From Candidatus Bathyarchaeota archaeon (GTDB taxonomy: Archaea; Thermoproteota; Bathyarchaeia; Bathyarchaeales; Bathycorpusculaceae): a stretch of DNA of 64,000 nucleotides. The position numbers and the translations under genes were made by a program. This document shows positions 30,280 through 40,490 of the stretch, piece by piece. The notes under the pieces were generated by a model. The model was not told where the DNA came from and made no database searches. It saw only the letters and a list, made by a program, of their open reading frames with translations. The stretch is taken from contig CAVTZU010000010.1 in the NCBI GenBank assembly GCA_963739305.1, positions 32,001 through 96,000 of the forward strand, in the 5' to 3' direction. Each line of letters starts with the position of its first letter. The first letter of the stretch is position 1.

Positions 30280-30365
30280 TTGACCGATTTCCTTTTTGCG
30301 GGTGAACGTAGTAGATAAAAAAAACGATGGTATAAGTGTGTTTTGATGGGCGAGAAGAACGGTGA

Positions 30366-32408
30366 CTACCTGAGAGTCACGAGTTTCAGTTTCTCGAGGT
30401 CTCGTAAGATCTTCAGTGCATGTTCAGGGTTAGTCTCGCTGTACTCGGCTGAAACGGCTTTCATGATCTCGTACAAGCTTCGTTTTCCGTCCATGAAATT
30501 CAGAATCTCCGGCGCTTTCTTGTCGAATTCTCTGTCTTTTTCCTCGATCTCGAGGTACCATTCGAATTCTTTTTCCCCGAGCCCTTTCCTCACAACGTCA
30601 AAGCTAAGCGTTCCCTTGAACAGTCTTCGGGGAACTATCTTCTTCAAGTCGCCGCTTTCAGGTTCTTTCGTTTTAAGGGGCAACTGCAATTTCAGAGCTT
30701 TGGCAAAGTAATCCTGTACTTCATGGATTCTGGCAATTTCGCTTGCCCCCATTTTCCTAATGTCCTCACAGTAGGCGTTTAGAAGAGCGTTCAGTTCTGG
30801 GTTTTCCCCCAATCTCTTCACCGATTTGACAGCCTGTTGTTCCCGCCAGACTATGTGTTCAAGCTTGTCTTTGTAACGCTGCCCTATTCTGACTACGTCT
30901 ATGGCCAGTTCCTCCGGTTTTGTTTTGGCCGCCCTTTCCTTGGTCTTGCCAATCTCTTGAACGGCTTCTCGCCTTGCATCTTGAATTCGTGACATCCCTT
31001 TAGAAGCAACCTGAGCTGCGAGGACAAGAGCCTCCTCAGCACCAGCGTTCGCAAGCGTCAACATTGCGACCGTCGCAATCCAGCCAACACGCTTCAGACT
31101 GTTCTCACTTACCTTATCGATTGTGTCCATGCTCGTATGATAGAACAAGTCAGGCCACTGCAGTAACATTACACAAGGGATACCTATCGTTGAATCGGTA
31201 AATTCCGCGTGGTCACTTCCCCCGCTGAACGACCCAGTCGCGTAACGAAACGTCGTGGTCGAACCGAAAGCCGAAGGCGTATCGAATTCCCTCACTGAAT
31301 TCTCCATGAGGCCGAAGACAAAATCGTTCAGAAACGATGGCAGCGAGTCGGGAGTGCGATCGAGGTTAAGCGTCGACTTGCAGAGTTCCTGGTTTTGACC
31401 GACCATGTCAAGGTTAATGCCAGCGATCATTCTCGACGGGAGATCTTCATGCCGGTGCAGATAAACGATTGAACCAAACGTCTCGGGAACCCAAAGGAAG
31501 CGGATGGTCCGCTTTGGTCGTTTAACCTTGCCCTTCGCGATCAAAGTACTGATTGTCCTGGCAATCTCCAAGAGGAGGCCACTGCCTGATGCGTTGTCAT
31601 TTGCGCTAGGCTTTGGGTGACAAAGGTGAGCAATCAGAAATACCTCCTCTCTTTTCTTCGAAGTGCCGGGGATCGTGGCCGTCACGACATCGAGCTTTCC
31701 CGAAAAAAGTTTCGCGTCAACCTTTGCGTTCAACTTGACTGGCTTACCGCTTTTGAGTAGTGCTCGAAGCTGGTTTCCTTGTCTCTTGCTGAGTGAAAAA
31801 CCGAACTTGACTTTTGGCAGTTCTTCCGCTGATGGCCAGATAGACTGATATGCATGTGCGTCGGGTATGTCTATGCTCTCTCTGACACCTGGCATTTCAA
31901 ACGTTATTGTGTCGGTTATTACGCCTGCCGCTCCGCGCTTGTAGACGGCTTCTTCATGAACACGTTTTGCCCTGCCTGTCGCCAAAACAAGCTTGCCCTT
32001 CACGTCTTTTCCCTCATAGTCAGCCGGTTTGGTTCCTGCTCCGACGTCGACAAGTTCGGCCGTTACTCCTTTTGGCGATGTTCCATTGCTGCAAGTGTGC
32101 AAGCATTGGGGAGTATCTTCGTAGGTCGCAATCAACTTTTCTTCAGGCTCAACGAGATGCAGTTCCGCGCTCTTCACCGTCCAACCGACTGGAGAAACGT
32201 AAGTCCAATATTTCTTCGAGCCGTCAGACTGAAATTGTTCGAGAACTGCGTCCTCAAGACCCATGTTGACCAGTTCGGTCTTGACGTACTCTGCGGCTTC
32301 ATGGAACATCGTTGAAGCCTGGATCCTGTGATAACGAGATATTTGGGCAACGTAGGATTTTGCGACGTTGCCAGAGAGTTCATCTTTCACAACCTTGTTG
32401 AAACTCAT
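30366..32408 (-). CDS. M28-family aminopeptidase-like protein (DUF4910-type) with PA domain
   Basis: AHLCHP..ANDNASG, PETFG, NLDMVG, GSDH and YHTSMD metal ligands; PA insert DYEGKDVKGKLVL. Confidence 0.8.
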   Translation of the reverse strand: MSFNKVVKDELSGNVAKSYVAQISRYHRIQASTMFHEAAEYVKTELVNMGLEDAVLEQFQSDGSKKYWTYVSPVGWTVKSAELHLVEPEEKLIATYEDTPQCLHTCSNGTSPKGVTAELVDVGAGTKPADYEGKDVKGKLVLATGRAKRVHEEAVYKRGAAGVITDTITFEMPGVRESIDIPDAHAYQSIWPSAEELPKVKFGFSLSKRQGNQLRALLKSGKPVKLNAKVDAKLFSGKLDVVTATIPGTSKKREEVFLIAHLCHPKPSANDNASGSGLLLEIARTISTLIAKGKVKRPKRTIRFLWVPETFGSIVYLHRHEDLPSRMIAGINLDMVGQNQELCKSTLNLDRTPDSLPSFLNDFVFGLMENSVREFDTPSAFGSTTTFRYATGSFSGGSDHAEFTDSTIGIPCVMLLQWPDLFYHTSMDTIDKVSENSLKRVGWIATVAMLTLANAGAEEALVLAAQVASKGMSRIQDARREAVQEIGKTKERAAKTKPEELAIDVVRIGQRYKDKLEHIVWREQQAVKSVKRLGENPELNALLNAYCEDIRKMGASEIARIHEVQDYFAKALKLQLPLKTKEPESGDLKKIVPRRLFKGTLSFDVVRKGLGEKEFEWYLEIEEKDREFDKKAPEILNFMDGKRSLYEIMKAVSAEYSETNPEHALKILRDLEKLKLVTLR

Positions 32409-32491
32409 GAAAGTAACACGTCCATGTCGGGCTTTGTATCTGGTGTATGTTTTTTATATGTGTATTTGTCTGTCATGTTTAAGGCTTGAGA

Positions 32492-34114
32492 ATGTCTTTT
32501 GAAATCAAAGAAAAGGACTTGCTTGCAAGAATTGGCCGCCTTAAGACCAAGAGTGGAACAGTCGAGACTCCCCTGCTTTTTCCAGTCATCAACCCAGTTA
32601 CACAACTCGTGCCCACGAGAAGTATGCGCGAAGAATTCGGTTTTGAAGCTCTGATAACAAACGCATACCTTCTGAAGAAACATGTAGGCGCCCAACTCAA
32701 GCAGGACGGTCTACACGATTTCCTTGATTTTGAAGGAACGATTATGACCGATTCCGGAGCGTACCAGATCCTCGTCTACGGCGACGTAGAAGTGACGCCG
32801 AAAGAGATCGTCGAATTCCAAGAAACGATAGGATCAGACATAGCCACGATTTTGGACATACCCACAGGCTGGAAAGTGACAGAGGAACACGCAGAAAAAA
32901 CAGTTGATGAAACATGGAAGCGTGCCAAGGACTTCTTCAAGCAAAAGACCAGAGAAGACATTCTCTGGGTTGGACCAGTGCAGGGAGGAAGACACTTAGA
33001 CCTTGTCGCCAAATCAGCCCAGCAGATGGGGAAGCTTCCATTTGAAATACACGCCTTAGGAAGCCCGACAGAAGTAATGGAACGATACAGGTTTGACGTG
33101 CTTGTTGACATGATAATGACCGCAAAGATGAACCTCCCCATAGAAAAGCCACTGCATCTGTTTGGAGCAGGTCACCCGTTCATGCTTGCTCTTGCAATAG
33201 CGCTCGGATGCGACCTTTTCGATTCTGCTGCGTACGCTTTGTATGCTAAGCAAGGTCGTTACATGACAGAAACGGGCACGTCGAGGCTGAACGAGCTGGA
33301 GTATTTCCAATGCACTTGTCCGAAATGCGCAAAGAATTCGCCCAAAGAGTTGTCTGAGATGTCACCAGACAAGGTGCAGACGTTCCTTGCCGAACACAAC
33401 CTGTACGTAACCATGGCGGAGCTGAAACGAATAAAACAAGCGATAAAAGACGGAAGGCTTTGGGAACACATGCAGATGCGGGCACACTCGCACCCGTCAC
33501 TTCTCAGCGCACTCAAGAAGCTCAAAAAATTCGAGGAGCACATTGAAAAACACGATGTCTCCGTTAAGAACAGCGGACTCTTTCAGTTTGATTCTGTAGA
33601 CTTGATGCGACCCGAAGTCGTTCGTTATCGAAAGAGACTTGCGGAAAGATATGTCCCGCCGAAATCGTCAATTCTGTTGCTCTCACCACAAACAAAAATG
33701 AAACCGTTTCACAAGTCTATGGAGTTTAAGGAAAGGGCACGTCACCTTAAAGAGGCGTTGGAAAGCAATACGAATGAGGTTCAGGTGTGTTTTTATGCGG
33801 CACCTTTCGGCGTCGTTCCAAGCGAACTGGATGAGATTTATCCGCTTTCACAAAACGAAACCGTGACTCCACCTGACTCTGACACGCGAAGCTACGTCGC
33901 GGACCAAGTGGCCGAGTACATTTCTCGCGCTCACTGCAAGATTGTCATCTTGCTTGACGATCCTGAGAATTGGGGAGGAACCATTCAGAAAAAGGTCCGA
34001 GCCCTCTGCAATAGCAGGAAAATCAAGTTCAGATACATAAACGCAACCAAGAACCCAAAAATCACGTCACACCGTCTTGACGCAATCTTGCAAACCTTGA
34101 GGAATCAAGCTTGA
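32492..34114 (+). CDS. tgtA: Archaeosine tRNA-guanine(15) transglycosylase
   Basis: ARIG..KTK, TP, ITNAY, MTDSGAYQ, LDIPT, PVQGG, HLFGAGHP, DLFDSA and Zn site CTCPKC...HN. Confidence 0.92.
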   Translation: MSFEIKEKDLLARIGRLKTKSGTVETPLLFPVINPVTQLVPTRSMREEFGFEALITNAYLLKKHVGAQLKQDGLHDFLDFEGTIMTDSGAYQILVYGDVEVTPKEIVEFQETIGSDIATILDIPTGWKVTEEHAEKTVDETWKRAKDFFKQKTREDILWVGPVQGGRHLDLVAKSAQQMGKLPFEIHALGSPTEVMERYRFDVLVDMIMTAKMNLPIEKPLHLFGAGHPFMLALAIALGCDLFDSAAYALYAKQGRYMTETGTSRLNELEYFQCTCPKCAKNSPKELSEMSPDKVQTFLAEHNLYVTMAELKRIKQAIKDGRLWEHMQMRAHSHPSLLSALKKLKKFEEHIEKHDVSVKNSGLFQFDSVDLMRPEVVRYRKRLAERYVPPKSSILLLSPQTKMKPFHKSMEFKERARHLKEALESNTNEVQVCFYAAPFGVVPSELDEIYPLSQNETVTPPDSDTRSYVADQVAEYISRAHCKIVILLDDPENWGGTIQKKVRALCNSRKIKFRYINATKNPKITSHRLDAILQTLRNQA

Positions 34115-34716
34115 TTCAAGCAGACCTCCATCTCCATACGAACTATTCACCCGATTCATCGATAAGCCCCAAGGTGCTGGTAGAACAACTTTGTGTGCAC
34201 CCGTCGATAAAGGTCATCGCGGTGACAGATCACAACACGATTCAAGGTTACGAAAAGGTTCGTGAACTAGCATCTGTCTACCCAGACGTACTTGTGATTC
34301 CCGGCGTCGAGGTGACCACGCCGCTCGGAGATTTGATACTGTTGGGCGTTGAAGAAAGTCCTCCAACGGCTCAGGACGTAAACGAGATAATCAGCTTTGC
34401 GAAAGAAAGAGCAGGTTTAATCGTCGTGCCACACCCGTTCAGAGACTGCGGACTTGGCAATTCAGTGAGGCATTATGCCGTTGATGCAATAGAAACGTTG
34501 AATGGAGGCACGCCTTCTCACGTCAATCAATTGGCCCAGAACCTAGCAAAGCGGTTAGGCTTACCCGGAGTTGCCGGAACCGATGCCCACAACATTGACG
34601 AATTGTGGACCGTTTACAACGAAGTTCAAGCTTCAATGGATACGGATGAGATTTTGAAAGCAATCAAGAGAGGTTTGATTAGAGTTTTCTCAACAAGAAA
34701 GTCAATATCTTTTTAA
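34111..34716 (+). CDS. PHP-domain metal-dependent phosphoesterase
   Basis: DLHLHT.YS.D, AVTDHN, GVEV, PHP and GTDAH motifs. Confidence 0.85.
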   Translation: MIQADLHLHTNYSPDSSISPKVLVEQLCVHPSIKVIAVTDHNTIQGYEKVRELASVYPDVLVIPGVEVTTPLGDLILLGVEESPPTAQDVNEIISFAKERAGLIVVPHPFRDCGLGNSVRHYAVDAIETLNGGTPSHVNQLAQNLAKRLGLPGVAGTDAHNIDELWTVYNEVQASMDTDEILKAIKRGLIRVFSTRKSISF

Positions 34717-34759
34717 AAGAGCACAATCCATGATAACTGAAATAGCGGATGAAAAATAG

Positions 34760-36025
34760 ATGGCAAAGCTGCAGCTAAGATTTCTGGGTGGCACAAGAGA
34801 GGTTGGCAGGATCGCGATAGCGGCTAAGACCGAAAAAACCCAGGTCTTGCTTGATTATGGAGCAATGTTGGATCATGAACCAGGGTTTCCCATGCACGTG
34901 CCACCGAAAGAGGTTGATGCCCTGATTCTTTCTCACAGTCACCTTGACCATTCGGGCGCAATCCCAATATTCTACGTTCAAGGCAAGAAACCTCTTTACA
35001 CAAACAGGCTGACGGCAGAAATGAATCAGCTGCTCATTGCGGACTTCATCCATCTGTCAAGTTACTACCTGCCGTTCGAGTTCCTAGAGCTCAAATCGAT
35101 GATGCAAAACAGCAAAAACATTGACTTCGACAGCGAACAAAAAGTCGGGGATATAACGTTCGAGTTCAAGAACGCCGGACACATTCCAGGCAGCGTGCAG
35201 ACGCTCATACAAGCTGAAGGAAAAAGACTGCTGTACACGGGCGACTTCAACCTCGCGAACACGAGGCTGCTTGATGGAGCAAAAATGAGCTACAGTGACC
35301 TGGACGCGGTCATAATTGAAAGCACCTACGCAAACGAAGATCATACCGATCGCCTAGAACTTGAAAAGCGCTTCTTCGACGCTTGCACAGACGTCGTGGA
35401 AAGAGGCGGAACCGTCTTAGTCCCTGCTTTTGGAGTTGGCAGAAGCCAAGAGTTAGCATGCGTCCTGGCAGCACACCACTTTGAATATTCAATAACGATC
35501 GATGGAATGGCACGTGAAGTCAGTAGGATCATGATGAGCTACCCACAGTTCCTCAAAGACCCAAGGGCATTCGCTGACGCCATACATTCCACAAACTGGG
35601 TTGAGGGATGGAGAGACCGAAGACGAGCCATCAAAACACCAGGCGTCATAATCTCACCAGCGGGAATGCTGAAAGGAGGACCTGCGATCTTCTATGCCTC
35701 GAAGATTGGAAAGAGATCTGACAACGCTGTTTTCCTCGTGAGCTACCAGATTCCGGGAACTCCTGGGAAAGAGCTCCTTGAGAAGAAAATGTGTGTAATC
35801 GACGGAAAAATGAGGAAGATCAAGGCTCGTGTTGAACACTTCGATTTTTCATCGCATTGCGGCGCAAGCGAATTGAAAGAAGCGTTGAGAAGACTGGGTG
35901 GGAAGCCGAAGGTCTATGTCGTTCACGGCGCGGAGAGCAATTGTGAACTACTCGCAAAATGGGCAAAAAGTGAATTGGGGTTGGAAGCAACAGCGCCCCG
36001 AACTGGGGAAATTTTCAGCCTGTAG
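34760..36025 (+). CDS. MBL-fold beta-CASP ribonuclease (aCPSF2-like)
   Basis: LGG.REVGR, LLDYG, HSHLDH, AGHIPG, YTGD, ESTY, PAFGVGRSQE, DFSSH and VHG; no N-terminal KH domains. Confidence 0.88.
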   Translation: MAKLQLRFLGGTREVGRIAIAAKTEKTQVLLDYGAMLDHEPGFPMHVPPKEVDALILSHSHLDHSGAIPIFYVQGKKPLYTNRLTAEMNQLLIADFIHLSSYYLPFEFLELKSMMQNSKNIDFDSEQKVGDITFEFKNAGHIPGSVQTLIQAEGKRLLYTGDFNLANTRLLDGAKMSYSDLDAVIIESTYANEDHTDRLELEKRFFDACTDVVERGGTVLVPAFGVGRSQELACVLAAHHFEYSITIDGMAREVSRIMMSYPQFLKDPRAFADAIHSTNWVEGWRDRRRAIKTPGVIISPAGMLKGGPAIFYASKIGKRSDNAVFLVSYQIPGTPGKELLEKKMCVIDGKMRKIKARVEHFDFSSHCGASELKEALRRLGGKPKVYVVHGAESNCELLAKWAKSELGLEATAPRTGEIFSL

Positions 36026-36037
36026 AGAGAATAAACC

Positions 36038-36601
36038 ATGAAAACTGGCATTCTGCGCCTTGGTCAAATAGATCCGGAACTTGCTGAAAGACTTCGCGAA
36101 AGCCTCAACTCGATTTTCGCAGGTTTCGAACCGGAAATAGTCCCTGAAGAGATGCGCGTACCAGAAGAGGCTTTCGACGTCGTAAGAAAACAATACGATG
36201 CAGATATCATCTTGAGAAAAATCGAAGACTACGCAGAAAAACAAAGCAGATTTGACCGTGTTTTGGGAGCCGTCGACGTAGATACCTTCGTCCAAAGATT
36301 AAACTTTGTATTCGGAAATGCAAAGTGTCCTGGAAAGGCAGCGTTGGTATCACTCTGGCGACTCAGACCCGAGTTCTATGGAAGATCTTCAAATAAGGAA
36401 CTGTTTTTTGGAAGAAGTGTGAAAGAAGCGGTTCATGAGCTCGGGCACACATTGGGATTGCAGCATTGCGCCAACCCATTTTGCGTCATGCATTTCTCTA
36501 ACGCGATAGTTGAAACTGACGTGAAAAAGAGTTTCTTCTGCAAGAAGTGTTCCGCTCAAGCAGAATGGGCAGCTGGAAATGCGGGCATGAACCTTGAATG
36601 A
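36038..36601 (+). CDS. amzA: Archaemetzincin (M54 Zn metalloprotease)
   Basis: RKQY, LNFVFG, HELGHTLGLQHC..P.CVMHFS, D.K...FCKKC Cys4 Zn site. Confidence 0.9.
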   Translation: MKTGILRLGQIDPELAERLRESLNSIFAGFEPEIVPEEMRVPEEAFDVVRKQYDADIILRKIEDYAEKQSRFDRVLGAVDVDTFVQRLNFVFGNAKCPGKAALVSLWRLRPEFYGRSSNKELFFGRSVKEAVHELGHTLGLQHCANPFCVMHFSNAIVETDVKKSFFCKKCSAQAEWAAGNAGMNLE

Positions 36602-37430
36602 GAAGTTCAGAGCGCAACCTGTTCATCTGACGCCGATTCTAGTGAGCCTGTTCGTAGGGTTCTTGTGCACAGTACTTGTTATAGAATCGTCAATGAACGT
36701 GTATGCAGTCGTTCCTTTCCCTGAAGGAGTTGGGTCACTGGGCAACGGACTCTATTTCGTCATTCTCGCAGCGGTAGGAGCCTTCTTGCTGTACCTCCTC
36801 GTGAGACGCAATCGCCTTCGTCTGATCGCAGTAATAACAGGCTTTGCGATTACGGCAGCGGTTCTCCTTGTCACCGCCGTGTATCTGAGTGCGTTCTTCT
36901 CCATCTACTATGTTCCGTACGACACCTTTCTAATCATTGCAGCGTCTATAGCTCTGACGTTAGTAGCAGACTACGAGATTTTTCGGGGAAAGGGAAACGG
37001 AAACGTTCTGACACTGCTGCTGCTCGGTGGAAGCTTGGGAGCGTTCTTGGGGGTCACTATTCCGACGTTGAGCGCCATCCTCATCCTCAGTTTTCTGGCC
37101 ATATACGACGTGTACGCAGTGTTCAGAGGCCCCGTTGGAAAAATCGCGACTGGAGGACTTGAACAACTTCGAGGACTAAGCGTGTCCTTCAAGGATGTCC
37201 AAATCGGTCTGGGCGACTTAACCTTCTACGCAATGCTCACCAGCCTCGTTATGGCGACTGCAGGCCTGACGACTGCTGGCCTGATCTTCTATGCAGTTTC
37301 TGTGACAGGCGTAATCATCGGAGCCTTTCTGGCATTCAAACTCCTCGAGAAAAAAGGAATGTTCCCGGGCCTACCCTTTTCCGTGGCCCTCGGCCTCACG
37401 CCGCTAATCGTCTGGCTTTTGCTTCGATAG
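36594..37430 (+). CDS. Presenilin/signal-peptide-peptidase-like intramembrane aspartyl protease (A22)
   Basis: Polytopic membrane protein with YD (AIYDVYAV), GLGD and PAL-like PGLP motifs. Confidence 0.85.
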   Translation: MNEKFRAQPVHLTPILVSLFVGFLCTVLVIESSMNVYAVVPFPEGVGSLGNGLYFVILAAVGAFLLYLLVRRNRLRLIAVITGFAITAAVLLVTAVYLSAFFSIYYVPYDTFLIIAASIALTLVADYEIFRGKGNGNVLTLLLLGGSLGAFLGVTIPTLSAILILSFLAIYDVYAVFRGPVGKIATGGLEQLRGLSVSFKDVQIGLGDLTFYAMLTSLVMATAGLTTAGLIFYAVSVTGVIIGAFLAFKLLEKKGMFPGLPFSVALGLTPLIVWLLLR

Positions 37431-37630
37431 AAACAAATACAAATTGTCCGAAAACCTTGATTCAGGTCCCAGTCCAGTATCACGTCAGTTGGAACTCACG
37501 CCGAAAACCGGTCTTCGTCGATCCACAAACCTGTCGATTGAAACGTTGAGTGCATGTCAACGAAAGTTGTAGTCTGGCGACATAAAGTTTTAATCGCCGC
37601 CAAAATATCAACACCTCGACGCAGAAGGTT

Positions 37631-40438
37631 ATGTCTTTGACCACGGTGAACCTCGACAGAATTTTCAACCCGAAAAGCATCGTCATCATAGGAGCTAGTG
37701 ATGAAGAGGGCTCCGTTGGATACGCTTTAATGAAGAATTTTTTGGATGGCAAATTTGACGGCAAAATCTATGCTGTTAACATCCGAAAAACGGAAGTTTT
37801 AGGGCTCAAAGCCTATGCAAGCGTGGGTCTTATAGCGGATCCAATCGATCTGGCGGTGATAGCTACGCCGAGCAGAACCGTGCCTGACGTGCTCGAGCAG
37901 TGTGGAAAAGCGGGGATAAAAGGCGTGATAATTATCTCGGCGGGCTTCAAGGAAATAGGGGCTGAAGGCAAGGAATTGGAAGGAAGGATCAGCGAGATCA
38001 AAGAGAAATATGACCTTCGGATTATAGGACCAAACTGTTTGGGCGTCATCCGTCCAAGCAACCGTCTTAATGCCACTTTCATAAGCAAAATGCCCAAGCC
38101 GGGCAACGTGGCCTTCATATCGCAAAGTGGAGCACTTGGCTCCGCTATTCTTGACTGGGCGATACACGAGAACATAGGGTTCAGCAACTTCGTGTCCCTT
38201 GGCTCGATGATTGACGTTGACTTTGGGGATTTGATAGACTACTTCGGAACTGACCCAAAGACAAGAAGCATCCTCATGTACATCGAAGGAATAACGAAAG
38301 CACGAGAATTCATGAGCGCAGCTAGACACTTCGCCAGGACAAAGCCGATAATCGTCGTAAAAGCCGGAAAATTCAGCGAGAGCGCAAAAGCAGCAGCTTC
38401 ACACACAGGCTCTTTGACGGGCGAAGACATGATTTATGACAAAGCTTTCAAACGAGCAGGCTGCGTCCGAGTTGACGAGATCGCTGACTTGTTCAACTGC
38501 GCCGAAGTCTTGGGAATGCAACCCTTACCGCAAGGTCCAAACCTCGCCATTATCACGAACGCAGGAGGACCAGGCGTCATGGCAACCGACGCTCTGATAG
38601 CTAAGGGAGGAAAACTAGCCCCGATAAGCCCAGAAACGATGGAGAAACTCAACAAAGTACTACCCCCATACTGGAGCCGAGGAAACCCCATTGACATACT
38701 GGGAGATGCTAAGGCTGAAAGGTTCCGAGCAGTGGTCGAAACGTGTCTGGACGACCAGAACATAGATGGAATTCTCATAATATACACAGCACAAGCGGTA
38801 GCCGAGCCTGTTCAAGTTGCAAAGAGCATAGTAGATCTTGTCAAGAGCAGAGGCTCTCACAACAAGACGATCTTGGCTTCATTCATGGGCTATGGAGTCG
38901 TCGAAGAAGCAAACCGCTTGCTGAACCAAAACAACATTCCAATATATTCCACGCCCGAACAAGCAATCAAGACCTACCAGTACATGTACCAGTACAAACG
39001 CAACTTGGAACTGCAGTATGAAACACCCGAAGAGCTTCCCGTTGACGTCGTTCCGCCAAGACGCCCTCTCATGGTGATTATGAGGAACGCTGCGACGGAA
39101 GGCCGCGAAATAATGAACGAAGCAGAGGCAAAGAGGTTTCTCGAATACTACAATCTGCCTGTCGTCAAGACGAGAACCGCGCAGACCGAAGAGGAAGCCG
39201 CATTCTTGGCTTCACAGGTCGGCTATCCAGTCGTGTTGAAGATACTTTCGCCTCAGATAGTTCACAAGACCGACGCGGGCGGCGTCATCTTAGACCTCCA
39301 CAATGAATCCGAGGTTCGAAGCGCATTCAACCAAATCATGAAGGCAGTGAAGCAATATGACCCCAGCGCTGAAATCTTAGGCGTCACTGTGCAGCAGATG
39401 GTCAAGGGCCAGGGATATGAAGTTATACTTGGTGCAAAGGCTGACCCACTGTTTGGACCAGTGATCCTGTTTGGGATGGGCGGCGTCGGAGTTGAGTTGT
39501 TCAAGGATTTTGCGATAGGAATTCCGCCTCTCAATCAGACCCTCGTGCGAAGGCTGATGGAGGAAACCAAAGTCTACCAACTTCTGAAAGGCTACAGAAA
39601 CGTTCCCCCGGCAAACGTCAAATGTCTCGAAGAGATATTGGTCCGCTTCAGCCAATTGCTCGTCGACTTCCCACAACTCAAAGAAGTCGACATCAACCCA
39701 TTGTTCATCAACGAAGAAGCTGCGATCGCCCTTGACGCTCGAATCGTGATCGACAAGGAACGTGTTTTCAAGAGGCTTGAACCTCATGAGCATCTTGTGA
39801 TCACACCGTACCCGAAGAAGTACGAGACAATTTGGACCCTTCGTGACGGCAGAACCGTGTTACTGAGGCCGATCAAGCCAGAGGATGAACCTTTGTGGCT
39901 TGAGATGTTCCAGAACTTCTCAGAGCAATCGATAAGATACAGGTTCTTCCAGATCATCAAGGACACGCCGCATGAGACAAGAGTCAGATACTGCAACATT
40001 GACTACGACAGGGAAATCGCGATAGTGCCCGAGCTGACAGAAAATGGGAAAAAGAGGATTCTCGGCGTCACACGCGTCAGCATTGAACCCGACGGTAAGA
40101 AAGGCGAGATAGCGTTCATCACGGCCGATCCGTGGCAACGGCTGGGACTTGGAACCAAGATGGTCGACTACGTGCTTGAAATATGCAAGGACATGAAACT
40201 TGAAACTGTCTACGCTATAATGCTTCAAGACAACTTCCAGGCCATCAACCTGATGAAAAAGATGGGTTTCAACATTGAATATTCGGACGATGGAACGGTA
40301 AGAGCGACGCTTGACCTCAGAGGGGAAGAACTTATTCCATGCAATGAAACAAGAACCGTCCGAGAACGGCAAATCGACACGCAGCAACCACGAATGCAGC
40401 AGGAAGACCAGAAAGAAACTGAAGCGGTCTCAAGCTAG
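37631..40438 (+). CDS. Fused ADP-forming acyl-CoA ligase-like domains plus C-terminal GNAT (Pat/YfiQ-type protein acetyltransferase architecture)
   Basis: CoA-binding IGAS, GPNCLG, SQSGA, ASHTG, NAGG, NPIDILGDA, ATP-grasp HKTDAGGV and DINP..DAR; then GNAT RPIKPED...RYRFF...EIAF...WQRLGLG. Confidence 0.9.
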   Translation: MSLTTVNLDRIFNPKSIVIIGASDEEGSVGYALMKNFLDGKFDGKIYAVNIRKTEVLGLKAYASVGLIADPIDLAVIATPSRTVPDVLEQCGKAGIKGVIIISAGFKEIGAEGKELEGRISEIKEKYDLRIIGPNCLGVIRPSNRLNATFISKMPKPGNVAFISQSGALGSAILDWAIHENIGFSNFVSLGSMIDVDFGDLIDYFGTDPKTRSILMYIEGITKAREFMSAARHFARTKPIIVVKAGKFSESAKAAASHTGSLTGEDMIYDKAFKRAGCVRVDEIADLFNCAEVLGMQPLPQGPNLAIITNAGGPGVMATDALIAKGGKLAPISPETMEKLNKVLPPYWSRGNPIDILGDAKAERFRAVVETCLDDQNIDGILIIYTAQAVAEPVQVAKSIVDLVKSRGSHNKTILASFMGYGVVEEANRLLNQNNIPIYSTPEQAIKTYQYMYQYKRNLELQYETPEELPVDVVPPRRPLMVIMRNAATEGREIMNEAEAKRFLEYYNLPVVKTRTAQTEEEAAFLASQVGYPVVLKILSPQIVHKTDAGGVILDLHNESEVRSAFNQIMKAVKQYDPSAEILGVTVQQMVKGQGYEVILGAKADPLFGPVILFGMGGVGVELFKDFAIGIPPLNQTLVRRLMEETKVYQLLKGYRNVPPANVKCLEEILVRFSQLLVDFPQLKEVDINPLFINEEAAIALDARIVIDKERVFKRLEPHEHLVITPYPKKYETIWTLRDGRTVLLRPIKPEDEPLWLEMFQNFSEQSIRYRFFQIIKDTPHETRVRYCNIDYDREIAIVPELTENGKKRILGVTRVSIEPDGKKGEIAFITADPWQRLGLGTKMVDYVLEICKDMKLETVYAIMLQDNFQAINLMKKMGFNIEYSDDGTVRATLDLRGEELIPCNETRTVRERQIDTQQPRMQQEDQKETEAVSS

Positions 40439-40467
40439 CCTGAATGATCGTTCCTATTACTTTTCGA

Positions 40468-40490
40468 GCGCGACAAGATTTATATCGCGC
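40468..40490 (+). promoter_or_regulatory. TATA-like box flanked by a 6-bp inverted repeat, upstream of the hdr/mvh operon
   Basis: GCGCGA-caagATTTATA-TCGCGC. Confidence 0.4.
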
